Notes: generated by a model not told the origin, from the letters alone. A DNA stretch of 64,000 nucleotides from an uncultured virus (IMG/VR IMGVR_UViG_3300031133_000402) (IMGVR_UViG_3300031133_000402), one strand, 5' to 3'. Shown: positions 41,004 through 51,195, counted from the first letter of the stretch. Numbers and translations are program-made.

Positions 41004-42596
41004 CTGGTCCGAACTATCTCGAACCGTTCTGGATATATGAACCGGGCGGGCCGAACAGCTCACTCCTTTTCCATTCCCAAGCCGATTCACTGCGTAACCT
41101 ATACCTCCGATTTGGAGTAGGTGCCCGGGTACCATGTCCGAGGACGATGGATGCAGCCGACGGTAGCCAATCGCCGTGGTCTTGCGACCACGGCGCTGCG
41201 CCGGTTTGATTGCCCGGTGGACCGCCTGCCAGGTATCCGCGCTCGCCAAGGTATCACCTAAGGCAGTGGGCAGCTTCTCATCCTTCCATCGGCGAGAAGC
41301 CACCTGCACTGGGACGACCGGCAGACGGTCCTTGATTCCGCACGTCGAGGCGTAGCCTCGTCGTGCGATCTCCGCTGCCGATGCGCATGCGTCGGGCAGG
41401 TCGAAGAGCATGTTGCCGATTGTGGTGGAATAGCCACCCCAGATCGACATGAACTTGATGTCTGCGAGCTTGCAGCGGCGGGTTAGACCACCGATCAGCG
41501 CGTTGCGCGACCAATAGTTGACCGTTTGATCATTGCCACGGGACTTTTTCGACCAGGCGAGCTTGCCGAGGCCGTCTTCATGGACGATCAACCCGCAGTT
41601 CCAGGCACGTGCCATATTGACAACCTGCCCGGCGACATTGGCCAAGGCGCTTGTCATATTCGCCGCATCAGCGGCAAACGGAATGGCGATGTAATGAAGT
41701 CGGTGATCGAGGATGCGGACGTTGTCCGCATCCTGTGGATTCCCTGTGGCTTCTATGATGCTGACGCCTACGTACTGCGGGTTGAGATCCAGACCGAGCG
41801 CGCGCGTAGTGACGACGGGCACGGCATCACGCCATTCAGGATGAACAGGACGCTCGTTAAGATGCTTTACCCGGTTGGCAGCGTAGTGAGTCGTGGGGTC
41901 CTTACGTTTGCGTCCCTTACGGGACGCACCCTGCTCGGCGATTTTGAGATCCTCGAGCGTCTTGCCTGGTGGCAATTTCCGCAGATCCATTTCGTCGAAC
42001 GTCACGTTTAGTGTCTTGGCCGTGATGCTGAAATGCAGTGACATTTGGCCTGCGTCTGCGAGCAGTGCCACGGCGCGCAGCAGCGCGCCGTGTTTGCCCA
42101 CCATTGTCCGTAGACGGATGGAGACGGCATGGCCAAGAAACTTGATATCGCAGGTCGATGCGTCCTGCGAAAGCGTGAAGTGCCTGTTGCCCTTCCTCGT
42201 GCGATCGCCGATGATTTCCAACGCCCGCCCGTGCCGTCGCTCCCGCCACTCGTCACTGGATATCAGACCCTTCTGCCGCCGCAGCAGTTCTGACTTCCCA
42301 CCGAAGACAATCTTGCCGCTCGGAACGCGCGCACGCAGGCTCTTGGCCTCGTAGGCCGCGCAATGCGCGGCCCAACTGCCAAGCGGTTGATCGGGATACC
42401 GATCCTTGATGACGTGCTCGATTTCCGCCGCTGAGCGATCCCCGCCACCTGCGTACCCCGTCCGAACCATTGTCGCCATGACGCGTTTCCACCCGGCTAT
42501 TACGCCGCATGTAACGTCATCGGCTGACCAGGAGACGGTGATTGTCTGCACTATTCTTTCTAACCTAGCTGGTTTGAGAACAAAAGGGCATTCCAC
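40983..42596 (-). CDS. tnpB: TnpB-like RNA-guided RuvC endonuclease, diverged homolog of 778-2349
   Basis: LGLDLNP, IVHEDGL, WGGYSTTIGNMLFDLPDAC.AAEIARRG; start probably at VQTIT. Confidence 0.85.
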   Translation of the reverse strand: MECPFVLKPARLERIVQTITVSWSADDVTCGVIAGWKRVMATMVRTGYAGGGDRSAAEIEHVIKDRYPDQPLGSWAAHCAAYEAKSLRARVPSGKIVFGGKSELLRRQKGLISSDEWRERRHGRALEIIGDRTRKGNRHFTLSQDASTCDIKFLGHAVSIRLRTMVGKHGALLRAVALLADAGQMSLHFSITAKTLNVTFDEMDLRKLPPGKTLEDLKIAEQGASRKGRKRKDPTTHYAANRVKHLNERPVHPEWRDAVPVVTTRALGLDLNPQYVGVSIIEATGNPQDADNVRILDHRLHYIAIPFAADAANMTSALANVAGQVVNMARAWNCGLIVHEDGLGKLAWSKKSRGNDQTVNYWSRNALIGGLTRRCKLADIKFMSIWGGYSTTIGNMLFDLPDACASAAEIARRGYASTCGIKDRLPVVPVQVASRRWKDEKLPTALGDTLASADTWQAVHRAIKPAQRRGRKTTAIGYRRLHPSSSDMVPGHLLQIGGIGYAVNRLGNGKGVSCSARPVHISRTVRDSSDQVKISAS

Positions 42597-42673
42597 ACTC
42601 CAATCCTAATAGCCATGTTTCCCTCAATGCTGTCATCTTCGAAGGGACTCCTCCCCGCAAGGCGGGAAGGCTT

Positions 42674-43045
42674 TCAGGCGGCCAGCGGCAATGCCGCGTC
42701 GGAGTAGCTGTTCGAACGCCAGTCGTAGCCGATGGCGGTGAGGAACGCGTCGAAGCTCTCCATCCTCGTCTCGGGGATGTCGTCGATCAGGCCGTGCGCG
42801 GCATCCTGCTCGTGCGAGGCGATCGAGACCTGGGTGAAGGAGCGGCCCGGCTGGTCGTCGTCGCGCACGTCGACGTGGCGCGAGCGCTGGTCGGAACGAT
42901 CGGTCTTGCGGAAGAACAGGCGGACGCGCGCGGCGTCCGCGGGCGTGACGGGGACGATGAACCGCTGCACCGCGTCGGCGAAGTAGGGCTGCTCGGTGAC
43001 GACGATGGTGGGATCGTACGGCTTCAGCGGCGGAGGCGTGTTCAT
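42674..43045 (-). CDS. Hypothetical protein
   Basis: 123 aa, followed by a hairpin. Confidence 0.7.
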   Translation of the reverse strand: MNTPPPLKPYDPTIVVTEQPYFADAVQRFIVPVTPADAARVRLFFRKTDRSDQRSRHVDVRDDDQPGRSFTQVSIASHEQDAAHGLIDDIPETRMESFDAFLTAIGYDWRSNSYSDAALPLAA

Positions 43046-43132
43046 GATCGGCGTCCCGGGTTTCTCCGGGATCTGCGTCCCAGGAAGGTGAAGGAAAGCG
43101 CGCCCCGGACGAGGTCCGGAGCGCGTGGTTGG

Positions 43133-43507
43133 TCAGTCGCGCGCGCCCTTGGCCACCTTGATGCCCGAAGGCGCCGAGTAGTTGGCGTTGGCGGCGATCA
43201 TCGTCATCTCGCCGGCGACGAACATGAGCGCGGTGAGCGGTGCGCTGCACGCGGCGACGACGCCCTTGAGCGTGTTGGCCGCCCATAGCAGCTGCTCGGC
43301 GTCGTCGGTGGCGCTGAGCACGACCTGGCCGCGGTTGCACAGGTCGTCGAAGGCCTCCTGCGTGATGATCGGACGCAGGTCGGCGAGATCGCGCACCTGC
43401 ATGCCGTCGAGATTCTCGAAGTCCGCGCCGAGCGTGACGAGCAGCACGTGCGCGCCGGTCGATGCGGAGAGGGCGGCGATGGCCGTCTCCAGAACCATGA
43501 TCTGCAT
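43133..43507 (-). CDS. Hypothetical protein
   Basis: GGAGAAAAAAGAC RBS. Confidence 0.75.
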   Translation of the reverse strand: MQIMVLETAIAALSASTGAHVLLVTLGADFENLDGMQVRDLADLRPIITQEAFDDLCNRGQVVLSATDDAEQLLWAANTLKGVVAACSAPLTALMFVAGEMTMIAANANYSAPSGIKVAKGARD

Positions 43508-43533
43508 GTCTTTTTTCTCCGAATCGGTGGGTG

Positions 43534-43701
43534 TCAGCAAACGAGATCCAGAAGCATTCCCTGGCCCGAGAGCGCGAGGACCGTCGCCTGGTCCAGACGC
43601 GCGGGCGTGGGCAGGTTGACAGTCACGGTCTGGCGCGCGAGGTGGACCGATTGCGCGTCGCGCCGGACCGGCACGTAGGCGCTGATGGCGGCGATGCGCA
43701 T
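43534..43701 (-). CDS. Small hypothetical protein
   Basis: GGGAG RBS. Confidence 0.5.
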   Translation of the reverse strand: MRIAAISAYVPVRRDAQSVHLARQTVTVNLPTPARLDQATVLALSGQGMLLDLVC

Positions 43702-43780
43702 GAGGCGTCTCCCTGTTTTCCTCCCGCACATGCGGGCCACGGCAACCTTCAATCCATGCACCGGCTGACGCGTCGCGCTC

Positions 43781-44062
43781 TCAGCCGTCCAGCGAGCGTC
43801 GCACGACGATCTGGTATCCGCACCCCGACGCCGTCGCCTCGGTGGCGCCGCCGATCCTGCTTTCGCAGGCGGCGAACGCGCGGTCGAACGCCGCCCCCAG
43901 CGCCACCTTGTCCGGGGTCGGGCACAGATTCGAGGCGTCGACGACGCGCGCGCGCAGATCCGACGCGTCGTCCACGACGCCGAACAGGTTCGCCCGCGCG
44001 ACGACGTGGTGCTGCCCCGCGACGACGAGCGTCACGGTGTGGATGTGATCGAAGACCATCAT
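43781..44062 (-). CDS. Small hypothetical protein
   Basis: GGGAG RBS. Confidence 0.6.
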   Translation of the reverse strand: MMVFDHIHTVTLVVAGQHHVVARANLFGVVDDASDLRARVVDASNLCPTPDKVALGAAFDRAFAACESRIGGATEATASGCGYQIVVRRSLDG

Positions 44063-44078
44063 GGTCGTGCTCCCGTGT

Positions 44079-44693
44079 TCAGCTCGCGGGCGAGCCGCGC
44101 AGCTCGGCCAGTTCCTCCCGGACGCGGCGTTCGTCGGCGTCGTCACGGGCGGTGGCAGGCGTGGCGGCCGCCATCTCGTCGAGCTCCTGACGAACGCGGC
44201 GTTCGTCCGGATCGAGCGCGGTCTCGACCGTCATGCCCGAGCGGATGTCGGCTTCCAGCGCCGCGTCGAAGAGGATGGCGGTGGACACGTCGAGGCGGGC
44301 GAGCATTCCCAGCGCGATCGCGAACGCCTCTCCCTCCTCGGTCGACGATGCCTCGGCCTTGTCGATGTGGCCATAGCCTTGCAGGAAGTCGGTCAGGGCT
44401 TGGGCCGTGGCGTAGTGCGCCGCCTGGTCCTCCAGGATCGACGGCATCGCGCCCTGCAGGGCCTGGAGCGAGGGGATGCCGATCGGCAGCGCCGTGATGG
44501 CGAGCACGACCGCATGCGCCGGTCCTACGGCCGGGCCTTCGCCCTTCATGGCCGCGCCCAGATCGTCGGCGTAGCCCGTGAGCGTGCCGACGACGTCGCC
44601 GGTGTCGAAGCCGTCCGCGATCCAGTCGTCGGCGGTCCGGCGCATGTCGGCGGCCACGGCCATGATGCGTGCGTTCTCGTTCCTGTCGGTCAT
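44079..44693 (-). CDS. Hypothetical protein
   Basis: GGAG RBS; C-terminal duplicated DERRVR.EL.E unit. Confidence 0.75.
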   Translation of the reverse strand: MTDRNENARIMAVAADMRRTADDWIADGFDTGDVVGTLTGYADDLGAAMKGEGPAVGPAHAVVLAITALPIGIPSLQALQGAMPSILEDQAAHYATAQALTDFLQGYGHIDKAEASSTEEGEAFAIALGMLARLDVSTAILFDAALEADIRSGMTVETALDPDERRVRQELDEMAAATPATARDDADERRVREELAELRGSPAS

Positions 44694-44733
44694 CTGATTT
44701 TCTCCGCTATCCGCTTGTTCGAGACCATCCGCC

Positions 44734-45468
44734 TCAGTCGTAGTCGCCGTTCAGCTGCACCAGGAGCAGATCCTGTCCGCCCCAGTTCTCGGCGGTGACG
44801 CTCTGCGCCTGAAGCGCCTCGGCGAGCGCATGCTCGTCCTTCGATGGGGCGAGCTTCATGTTATGCTGCGACGCGTACGCCCGCAGCAGCTTCTTCAGAC
44901 GGCGCGTCGCCTCCTCGTTCCCGTCGATCATCCCGTGCGCCATCGACGACAGCGCCTGGGCGGCTTCGAGGCAGGTGATCACCTTGTCCATGCACATGCC
45001 GCCGGACGTGGTCCTGAAGGTGGCGATGGGCACGTGCTGGTGCATGCGTGCCGCGAAGTGGTCGAACACCGCGATCCAGACGTCGCCGGGCACGAGGGAG
45101 GCCATCGTGGCGGCCGTCAGCGGCAGCTGCACCTTCGAGAGCAGGGTCTGCGTCTGGCTCGTGCGCGCGTTGGAGGCGATGCGCTCGTCGGTGGTCATGG
45201 CCGTCCAACGCGCCACGGCCTCGCGCTCCCACTCGGGACGCGGGGGAGCCGCTGGCTTGGGCGGCGACGTGGTGAGCGTGGCCAGCATTGCCTTGAAGCT
45301 CTCGGTCGCCTCCTCCAGCACCGCCTCGGACACGTCGCAGGCGGGGTTCGACGCCCCGACTTCGTAGAGAAGCGAGCGGTGACGGCGTCGGGCCTCGACC
45401 ATGCGCGACAGGGTCATGGCCAGCGCCAGGCGCGCGGGGCGCGGCAGGTCGCGTGTGCGGATCTTCAT
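44734..45468 (-). CDS. Hypothetical protein
   Basis: AGGGG RBS; MKIRTRD. Confidence 0.75.
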   Translation of the reverse strand: MKIRTRDLPRPARLALAMTLSRMVEARRRHRSLLYEVGASNPACDVSEAVLEEATESFKAMLATLTTSPPKPAAPPRPEWEREAVARWTAMTTDERIASNARTSQTQTLLSKVQLPLTAATMASLVPGDVWIAVFDHFAARMHQHVPIATFRTTSGGMCMDKVITCLEAAQALSSMAHGMIDGNEEATRRLKKLLRAYASQHNMKLAPSKDEHALAEALQAQSVTAENWGGQDLLLVQLNGDYD

Positions 45469-45509
45469 GATTTTTCCCCTTGGGATGCGATTTCGAATGA
45501 ACGCCCTCG

Positions 45510-46286
45510 TCAGGGATTCCACGGAAGCTCCATCCACGACGTCCCGACCGGCGACGGGGCGAGCGTCGCGCGGTGTTCGTCGAGAACGATGGTCAGGCTG
45601 TTGAGGGAATCCAGCACGTGGGTCACGCGCACATGGCCTACGCCCTCCAGCAGGGGGTGCGTGACGATCTCGTCGAGCCTGCGGCCCACGGCGGCCGTCA
45701 TCATGCTCTCCGGCATGGTCTCCCCTCGCAGGATGAGCCCCGTCTCGCCGCCCATGCTCGCGGTGTAGAGCACCAGCACGTCGTCGACGTCACCCTGGCG
45801 GATGGTGAGCGTGGAGGGATCGAGACGACCGCTGCGCAGCTGGAATTCCGTCGCCGAGAGGCCGGCCAGGATCATCGCCTGCGCGAGCACGCTGACCGGA
45901 CGGATCCGCTCGTCCTCGATGCTTGAGGCGAGCAGGAGGGGGTTCACGCCGGAGTTCACCAGGATCGCGCGGAAGGCGACGTGCACGTCGATCGACCAGG
46001 CGGGCGAACCGCTCTCGCCCGATTCCTCGAGCGCGCGCTCCCGCCGCCGCATTCGCAGGGTGCGCAGAAGGACGCGGTCGATCGTCTCGATGGCGTGGCG
46101 CTCCTGCAGCAAGCCGGAGATGGAGGACCCGGAGACGGCCGAGTCCAGCGCCGAGAAGGTGATGCGTCCGCTCTCCTGCTCGAGCAGCACCAGCCGGTCC
46201 GCCGCACCGGGATCGCCGTGCGAGGTGCAGAACGCCAGAGCGTGCGCCTGCAGGGTGGCCAGGTCGGGAAGGCCGGTCATCGGCAT
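45510..46286 (-). CDS. PET-GR-L paralog family member
   Basis: SGVNPLLLA; MPESMMTAAVGRRLDEIVTHPLLEG. Confidence 0.8.
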   Translation of the reverse strand: MPMTGLPDLATLQAHALAFCTSHGDPGAADRLVLLEQESGRITFSALDSAVSGSSISGLLQERHAIETIDRVLLRTLRMRRRERALEESGESGSPAWSIDVHVAFRAILVNSGVNPLLLASSIEDERIRPVSVLAQAMILAGLSATEFQLRSGRLDPSTLTIRQGDVDDVLVLYTASMGGETGLILRGETMPESMMTAAVGRRLDEIVTHPLLEGVGHVRVTHVLDSLNSLTIVLDEHRATLAPSPVGTSWMELPWNP

Positions 46287-46573
46287 GAATCCGGCGCCCT
46301 TTCACCCGCCTTCACGCGTCGGGTGAGGGCCACCACGGTGGCCGTGTCGATCACCGCCGGACGGCCGGCCTTGATGCGCGTGGCCATCTCGCATTCCAGC
46401 ATGCGCTGATAGTCCGTGCGCAGACCATCGGGCAGCGATGCCTCCGCCTCGCGCGGCGATGCGTACGTGGGGTCAGGGGTCGCGACTGGTTTCGGCGCGG
46501 CGTCCTCGCGGCTGTCGCATGCGGCAAGCATGGCGAGCGTGCCCGCCGTCAACAGGATTGCTGCGTGTCTCAT
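46277..46573 (-). CDS. Putative lipoprotein
   Basis: Lipobox LAAC. Confidence 0.7.
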   Translation of the reverse strand: MRHAAILLTAGTLAMLAACDSREDAAPKPVATPDPTYASPREAEASLPDGLRTDYQRMLECEMATRIKAGRPAVIDTATVVALTRRVKAGERAPDSCR

Positions 46574-46670
46574 GTGCTCTGTCCCGGTTCGTTCGAGTTT
46601 CAGGATGGATTGTTTGATCGTTTGAAGCTACGCGTCCCTGCCATATCACTTCTAGGCGGAGAATTACGAC

Positions 46671-48755
46671 ATGCGGACGACGGCTGTGCTGATCGCCATG
46701 CTCATGGCCTCGGCGGCATCCGCCACCGTGGTCCAATCCGACGTCGTCGTCATGCGGCGCGTCATCACGCGACCCAATCCGACGACGCCGCCGGTCGTGA
46801 CGCCGCCGGTTTCTCCTCCCGTGTCCACCCCGACGCCGGATCCCTCGCCGACGCCCGCTCCGACGGCGACGTTCGCCTGGGAGCCGCTCCTTGCGGTCAA
46901 CCCCAACCAGTCGGCGGGATCGGGGACGTGGCTGGTCGACACCACGACGTCCCCGCGATGCTTCGACGTCGCCACCGGACTCACGGTTTCGCAGTCGTCC
47001 TGCCTGAACGTCGCCAAGCCGTCCAGCATCGCCGTGTTCGGCGTGCCGGCGACCCTGTCGCGCAATCTGCGGAGGGTCTCCATCGACCGCGCCGCCGTCC
47101 TGGCGCGCGCGCCGACGATCACCAACATAGAATCGCTCTGCGCGGATGCCGTGGTGTTCGTGAACGTCGAGGGTGTCGGGCAGCCCTGGCGCGTATCCTG
47201 CGATCCCGAGACCACGCGCGAGCACTACGAGCGCTACGCCACGACGGCGTTCGCGGTCGCCGGCCAGACCGTGCCGGTCGACGGGGTGGGCGTTCTCCAG
47301 ACCGCCACCCATCTCGCCGCCGTCGGATGTCGGGACACCGACACCGGAGGCGTCGCGTCGCCCTCGTCGCTGTGCGACCATTTTCCCAACGGCCCCACCC
47401 TCGGCTACTTCGACATCCCCATCAAGGGGAGCGTGGACCTGCACCGCATCGAATACGACTGGGACGCGCTTCTCGCCAAGGCTCCGGGTCTGGTCAACAG
47501 GACGGCCTGGTGCTCCAGCTCGCTGAGCGTGTTGCCCGAAGGGACGACGACCGCGCAGGACTGGTCCATCGGCTGCACGCCGGGATACGCCCGCAACCAC
47601 TACGAACGCTACGTGAGCACCCTTTCGTTCTCGGGCACCGACAACGTCCTTCCGTTGACGCAAGGCGTGTCGGCCGTCGGGTCGGGCGCGGCGTGCCGTG
47701 ACACCGACACGGGAACCGACGTGGCCGCCTCCATTTGCCAGTTCCTCCGGTCGACCGTGGGAGCGGGCACCTTCCGCGTGCCGGTGGCGGGCTACAGCGT
47801 CAATCTGAGGAAGGTCGCCTTCGACAGGGCCGTCATCAGATCCATGGTGTCGAACGACGCGGCCGCCACCGCGCTGTGCGGCGGCAAGACCGTTTCGGTC
47901 CGCGCCACCGCGACGGCGACGGGCACCGACTACGTGAACTACACGACGACGTGCTCGCTGGACAACGTGCGCGAGCACTACGAGGTCGTGGCCCAATCCG
48001 TCGGGTTCGACACGACGAGCAAGCTGAGGCTTCCTGGCGACGGGTTGCTTTCCATGGTCGCTTTCGCACCGGCCTGCCGCGATACCGACGCGTCGGCGAA
48101 CAACAGACTCTCGTCGTACACCGGTTGCTCCAACTTCCCGTCCAACTTCGAGGCCACGTTCGGCATCCCGTACGATCTGAGGCCGGAGTCGCACCAGATC
48201 CGCATAAGGCGGTCGGACATCAGGGCCCATGCACCCTATGCGACCAATCTCGAGAGCACCGGGATGTGCGCGAACGAAAGCCTGCCCATCTACTACGAGG
48301 GCGTCTATTCGTCCGGGTGGCAGATCGTGTGCGACGACGACGAGCCGGCCGAAGCGCAGTACGCGCTGGTGGTCACGAACTTCAAGGGGCTGACCTACTA
48401 TCCCATATCGGCGGATCGGCGCGTTCCGTTCTCGAGCGGCCTGACGCTGGCCGCCGATACGACGTGCTATCGCAGGACGGCCACGGGATTCGCCAACGCT
48501 TCGGCCAACCGCTGCCTGACGATTTCGAACAGGAGCGAGATCTCCGCGTCCGTCACGGTTCCGGTGCTGTCCTACAGCAACGTGAAGGACTCGTCGGGAT
48601 ATATGACGGTCACCATCGCGCCGCTGTCCACGACGGACTATCCCCAACTCTCCGTCAGCACGATGTGCAGCAGATCCTACCAGATCAACACCGTTCTCGC
48701 CTATTCCCAGCTTACCGGCACCTCCAGCGCATCGACCTACAAGATCAAGTGCTGA
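46671..48755 (+). CDS. Secreted Cys-rich repeat protein, VVMRRVI family
   Basis: Signal peptide, QSDVVVMRRVI, Pro/Thr linker, about 5 imperfect repeats (R[EN]HYE...CRDTD...C). Confidence 0.85.
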   Translation: MRTTAVLIAMLMASAASATVVQSDVVVMRRVITRPNPTTPPVVTPPVSPPVSTPTPDPSPTPAPTATFAWEPLLAVNPNQSAGSGTWLVDTTTSPRCFDVATGLTVSQSSCLNVAKPSSIAVFGVPATLSRNLRRVSIDRAAVLARAPTITNIESLCADAVVFVNVEGVGQPWRVSCDPETTREHYERYATTAFAVAGQTVPVDGVGVLQTATHLAAVGCRDTDTGGVASPSSLCDHFPNGPTLGYFDIPIKGSVDLHRIEYDWDALLAKAPGLVNRTAWCSSSLSVLPEGTTTAQDWSIGCTPGYARNHYERYVSTLSFSGTDNVLPLTQGVSAVGSGAACRDTDTGTDVAASICQFLRSTVGAGTFRVPVAGYSVNLRKVAFDRAVIRSMVSNDAAATALCGGKTVSVRATATATGTDYVNYTTTCSLDNVREHYEVVAQSVGFDTTSKLRLPGDGLLSMVAFAPACRDTDASANNRLSSYTGCSNFPSNFEATFGIPYDLRPESHQIRIRRSDIRAHAPYATNLESTGMCANESLPIYYEGVYSSGWQIVCDDDEPAEAQYALVVTNFKGLTYYPISADRRVPFSSGLTLAADTTCYRRTATGFANASANRCLTISNRSEISASVTVPVLSYSNVKDSSGYMTVTIAPLSTTDYPQLSVSTMCSRSYQINTVLAYSQLTGTSSASTYKIKC

Positions 48756-48785
48756 GGGCGGAGGGGGACGTCACCATCTTCCCAT

Positions 48786-48822
48786 ACACTCATGTCGTGC
48801 CTCCCAGGAACGACATGAGTGT
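48786..48822. terminator. Hairpin between convergent genes
   Basis: Perfect 13-bp inverted repeat ACACTCATGTCGT...ACGACATGAGTGT. Confidence 0.6.
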
Positions 48823-48852
48823 TCCGGACGGGGCGTGACCCGTCCGGCGTCG

Positions 48853-49161
48853 TCAGATCGCGCCTTCCAGCGCCGCGATCCAGGTATCGAGGCGCTCGAT
48901 CTCGCCCACCCGCAATGGTTCGCGCGCCTTGGCGTCGAGGCGCCCGCTGTAGGACGTGTTCGCCCATCCCCGCTTGCGGCAGCTTTCGATCAGGCGGAGA
49001 TCCGCCGTGGCTTCTTCGCGTTCCCGGCGCAGCTTGGCCAGCAGCCCGTCGTGCAGGTCGGGCGTCAGCGTCACCAGACGCGAATGGACGAAGGCGACGG
49101 GAGCCGACGTGGCGTGGATTCCGGTCTCGTCGGTGCGTTCGAGGATCGCTGCTTGGCTCAA
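48853..49161 (-). CDS. Hypothetical protein
   Basis: TTGA coupled. Confidence 0.6.
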   Translation of the reverse strand: MSQAAILERTDETGIHATSAPVAFVHSRLVTLTPDLHDGLLAKLRREREEATADLRLIESCRKRGWANTSYSGRLDAKAREPLRVGEIERLDTWIAALEGAI

Positions 49162-49451
49162 TTCTCTTCTCCGGCCAGGTTGATGCGGTGGCGCTTGCCG
49201 CGCAGGGCGACCATGCGCATGAATTCGTGGGCGTCCGTGCGCGGGCTGCCGTCGGCCGGCGCGTCGAACACGTTGCGGTTCGCCGCCACGTAGGCGTTCC
49301 AGGTCGTCGTCTCCTCGATCCTGGCGACGTCGGCCAGATGCGAGTCCGCACCGTGCGTGTCGATGGCCTCGCGTACGCGCCGCCGCGTGTCGCGGTGCCT
49401 CAGGAACAGCGTCGCCAGGGCGATCCGGGTCGTATGCGGAAGACTGCGCAT
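49158..49451 (-). CDS. Hypothetical protein
   Basis: GAGGTG RBS. Confidence 0.65.
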   Translation of the reverse strand: MRSLPHTTRIALATLFLRHRDTRRRVREAIDTHGADSHLADVARIEETTTWNAYVAANRNVFDAPADGSPRTDAHEFMRMVALRGKRHRINLAGEEN

Positions 49452-49519
49452 CTTTTCACCTCTCGAATGGAATGTCGGTTCCATGCCGTCCGATCACGGG
49501 AAGCCGCCGAGGGCGGCCT

Positions 49520-50752
49520 CTAGTCACGCAGTGCGCGCGCCGCGATGACGTCGTCCGCCAGCGTCAGGAGGCACAGGCGTCCGACGGTCGGCTCGGTCTG
49601 CGGATCCTCGCCGCGGGGCGGCTTCGACCAGAACTCGGCCTTGAACCAGAACGTGCCGGGTTCGACCGGAGTCATCGCGCCGGTCTCGTCGACGACGCCC
49701 CGGTGCGCCATGACCCGGATGCGCGGCAGACGCATGAGCGCGCCCCAGCGCGCGGCGTCGGCTTCGTCGGAGGTGCCGATGGCGTCGGAGGGGATGGCCG
49801 CGCCTTCCATGGCCAGCACGTCGTCGGCGATCGCCTTGATGGCGCAATGCGCCCAGTCGGTGCCGAACTGCGTGTTGCCGATTGTCATGAGCTCGGCGCC
49901 GAAGTGCACCTGGCCGGCCTCTTCGTACTTGCGCGCGCCGGTGGTCGCGTCGAACCCGGCGGAGCCGTGCATGTAGGCGCCGGGCACCGATGCCACCGCG
50001 CGGAAGCGCTCGGCGTCGATGCGGCGGGCCTCGGGGTCGACCTGCTTCACGGGCGCCTTCGTGGGATCGACCGGCACGGCCGTGACCACGGTCTCGCCGT
50101 CCTCGAACTCGATCGAGGCGTCGTAGCGGCGGCCGAAGAGGATGGCCTGGGCCGCCAGCATCTCGCGCTCCTCGGCGGGATCGTCGTTCTCGGCGCTGAC
50201 GACGGTGACCGTCCCGCCCATCCATTCGCCTTGCGCGGCGTTGAACGTGTCCAGGGCGAAGCGGCGCACGGCGGCCTGCTCGCTGATCTCCACGACGATT
50301 GTGGAGGTCATGGTGTCGTCGATGTCGAGGCGGCAGCGATAGGGGCGTGCGAGCGCGGCGCGCGTCATGGCGCGGTAGACGGCGACCGCCTTCATGCCGT
50401 CGTCCCAGTCGATGGTCTCGCCGGGCACGTAGTTCGCGAGGTCGGTCCGCACCCGGTCGAACGCGTCCATGCCGGCATGCACCATGGCTTCGGTGAGCAG
50501 CGGATCCGAGAACGGGCGCATGTCGTCGTCGACGGGGAGCAGCGCAAGCGTCGAGGGCACCTTGCCGGTCGCGGCGTCGATGACGCCGGTCTCGATGGCG
50601 GCCAGATGGGCCAGCGAACCGAACGCCAGCGTCTCGTCCTCGCGGGGGTCGAGCATGCCGTGCGCCTCGATGTGCGCGCCGAGCACCCGCAGCGTGGCGC
50701 CCAGGCGCTTGTGGAGTTCGGCGATGACCAGGTTGGTGTCGGGATTGTTCAT
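49520..50752 (-). CDS. Hypothetical protein
   Basis: GAGG RBS; MNNPDTN; two similar C-terminal units (F.AEL / FKAEF). Confidence 0.8.
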   Translation of the reverse strand: MNNPDTNLVIAELHKRLGATLRVLGAHIEAHGMLDPREDETLAFGSLAHLAAIETGVIDAATGKVPSTLALLPVDDDMRPFSDPLLTEAMVHAGMDAFDRVRTDLANYVPGETIDWDDGMKAVAVYRAMTRAALARPYRCRLDIDDTMTSTIVVEISEQAAVRRFALDTFNAAQGEWMGGTVTVVSAENDDPAEEREMLAAQAILFGRRYDASIEFEDGETVVTAVPVDPTKAPVKQVDPEARRIDAERFRAVASVPGAYMHGSAGFDATTGARKYEEAGQVHFGAELMTIGNTQFGTDWAHCAIKAIADDVLAMEGAAIPSDAIGTSDEADAARWGALMRLPRIRVMAHRGVVDETGAMTPVEPGTFWFKAEFWSKPPRGEDPQTEPTVGRLCLLTLADDVIAARALRD

Positions 50753-50787
50753 GTGTCGACCTCTGCGTACGGAGTGGTGGTTCGGCC

Positions 50788-51195
50788 TCAAGCGGCCAGC
50801 TTCGAGTAGACCAGGCGGTCTATGCGGTGGAATTCGATGCGCACCGTCTTCTGGCCCATGACCTCCTGCACGCGGCGCACGGTCGTCTGCACGGCGGCCA
50901 TGAAGGACTCGTGCTCGGCGGGGGCGACGTGCTCGGGATTGCAGCTTCCGGTCAGGGTGACGGCCATCTCGCCGCCGTCGGGACAGGAGTTGTGGGGATA
51001 CAGCACTCGGCTGTCGCCCATGACCGCCGAGATGGACAGACCGGTCTCGGTACGGGTCCTCGTCATGGACTCCATCCACGCGTCCACCAGCATGCGGCGT
51101 CGGGCCTCGACGTCGCCGGCGTTGCCGTGGCCGTAGTCCTCGAACAGGCCGATGGTGGCGGACCATCCGATGGTGGCCTGATTGGCGATTGTCAT
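50788..51195 (-). CDS. Hypothetical protein
   Basis: GGAAAAAGAC RBS; Y...CPDGGE motif. Confidence 0.75.
   Translation of the reverse strand: MTIANQATIGWSATIGLFEDYGHGNAGDVEARRRMLVDAWMESMTRTRTETGLSISAVMGDSRVLYPHNSCPDGGEMAVTLTGSCNPEHVAPAEHESFMAAVQTTVRRVQEVMGQKTVRIEFHRIDRLVYSKLAA

Larger units (their letters stand above)
40957..42614 (-). mobile_element. TnpB-only non-autonomous insertion element, copy 2
   Basis: Inverted repeats at 40959-40982 and 42591-42614 (21/24); ATGTTT direct repeats at 40951-40956 and 42615-42620; lower GC than flanks. Confidence 0.82.
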
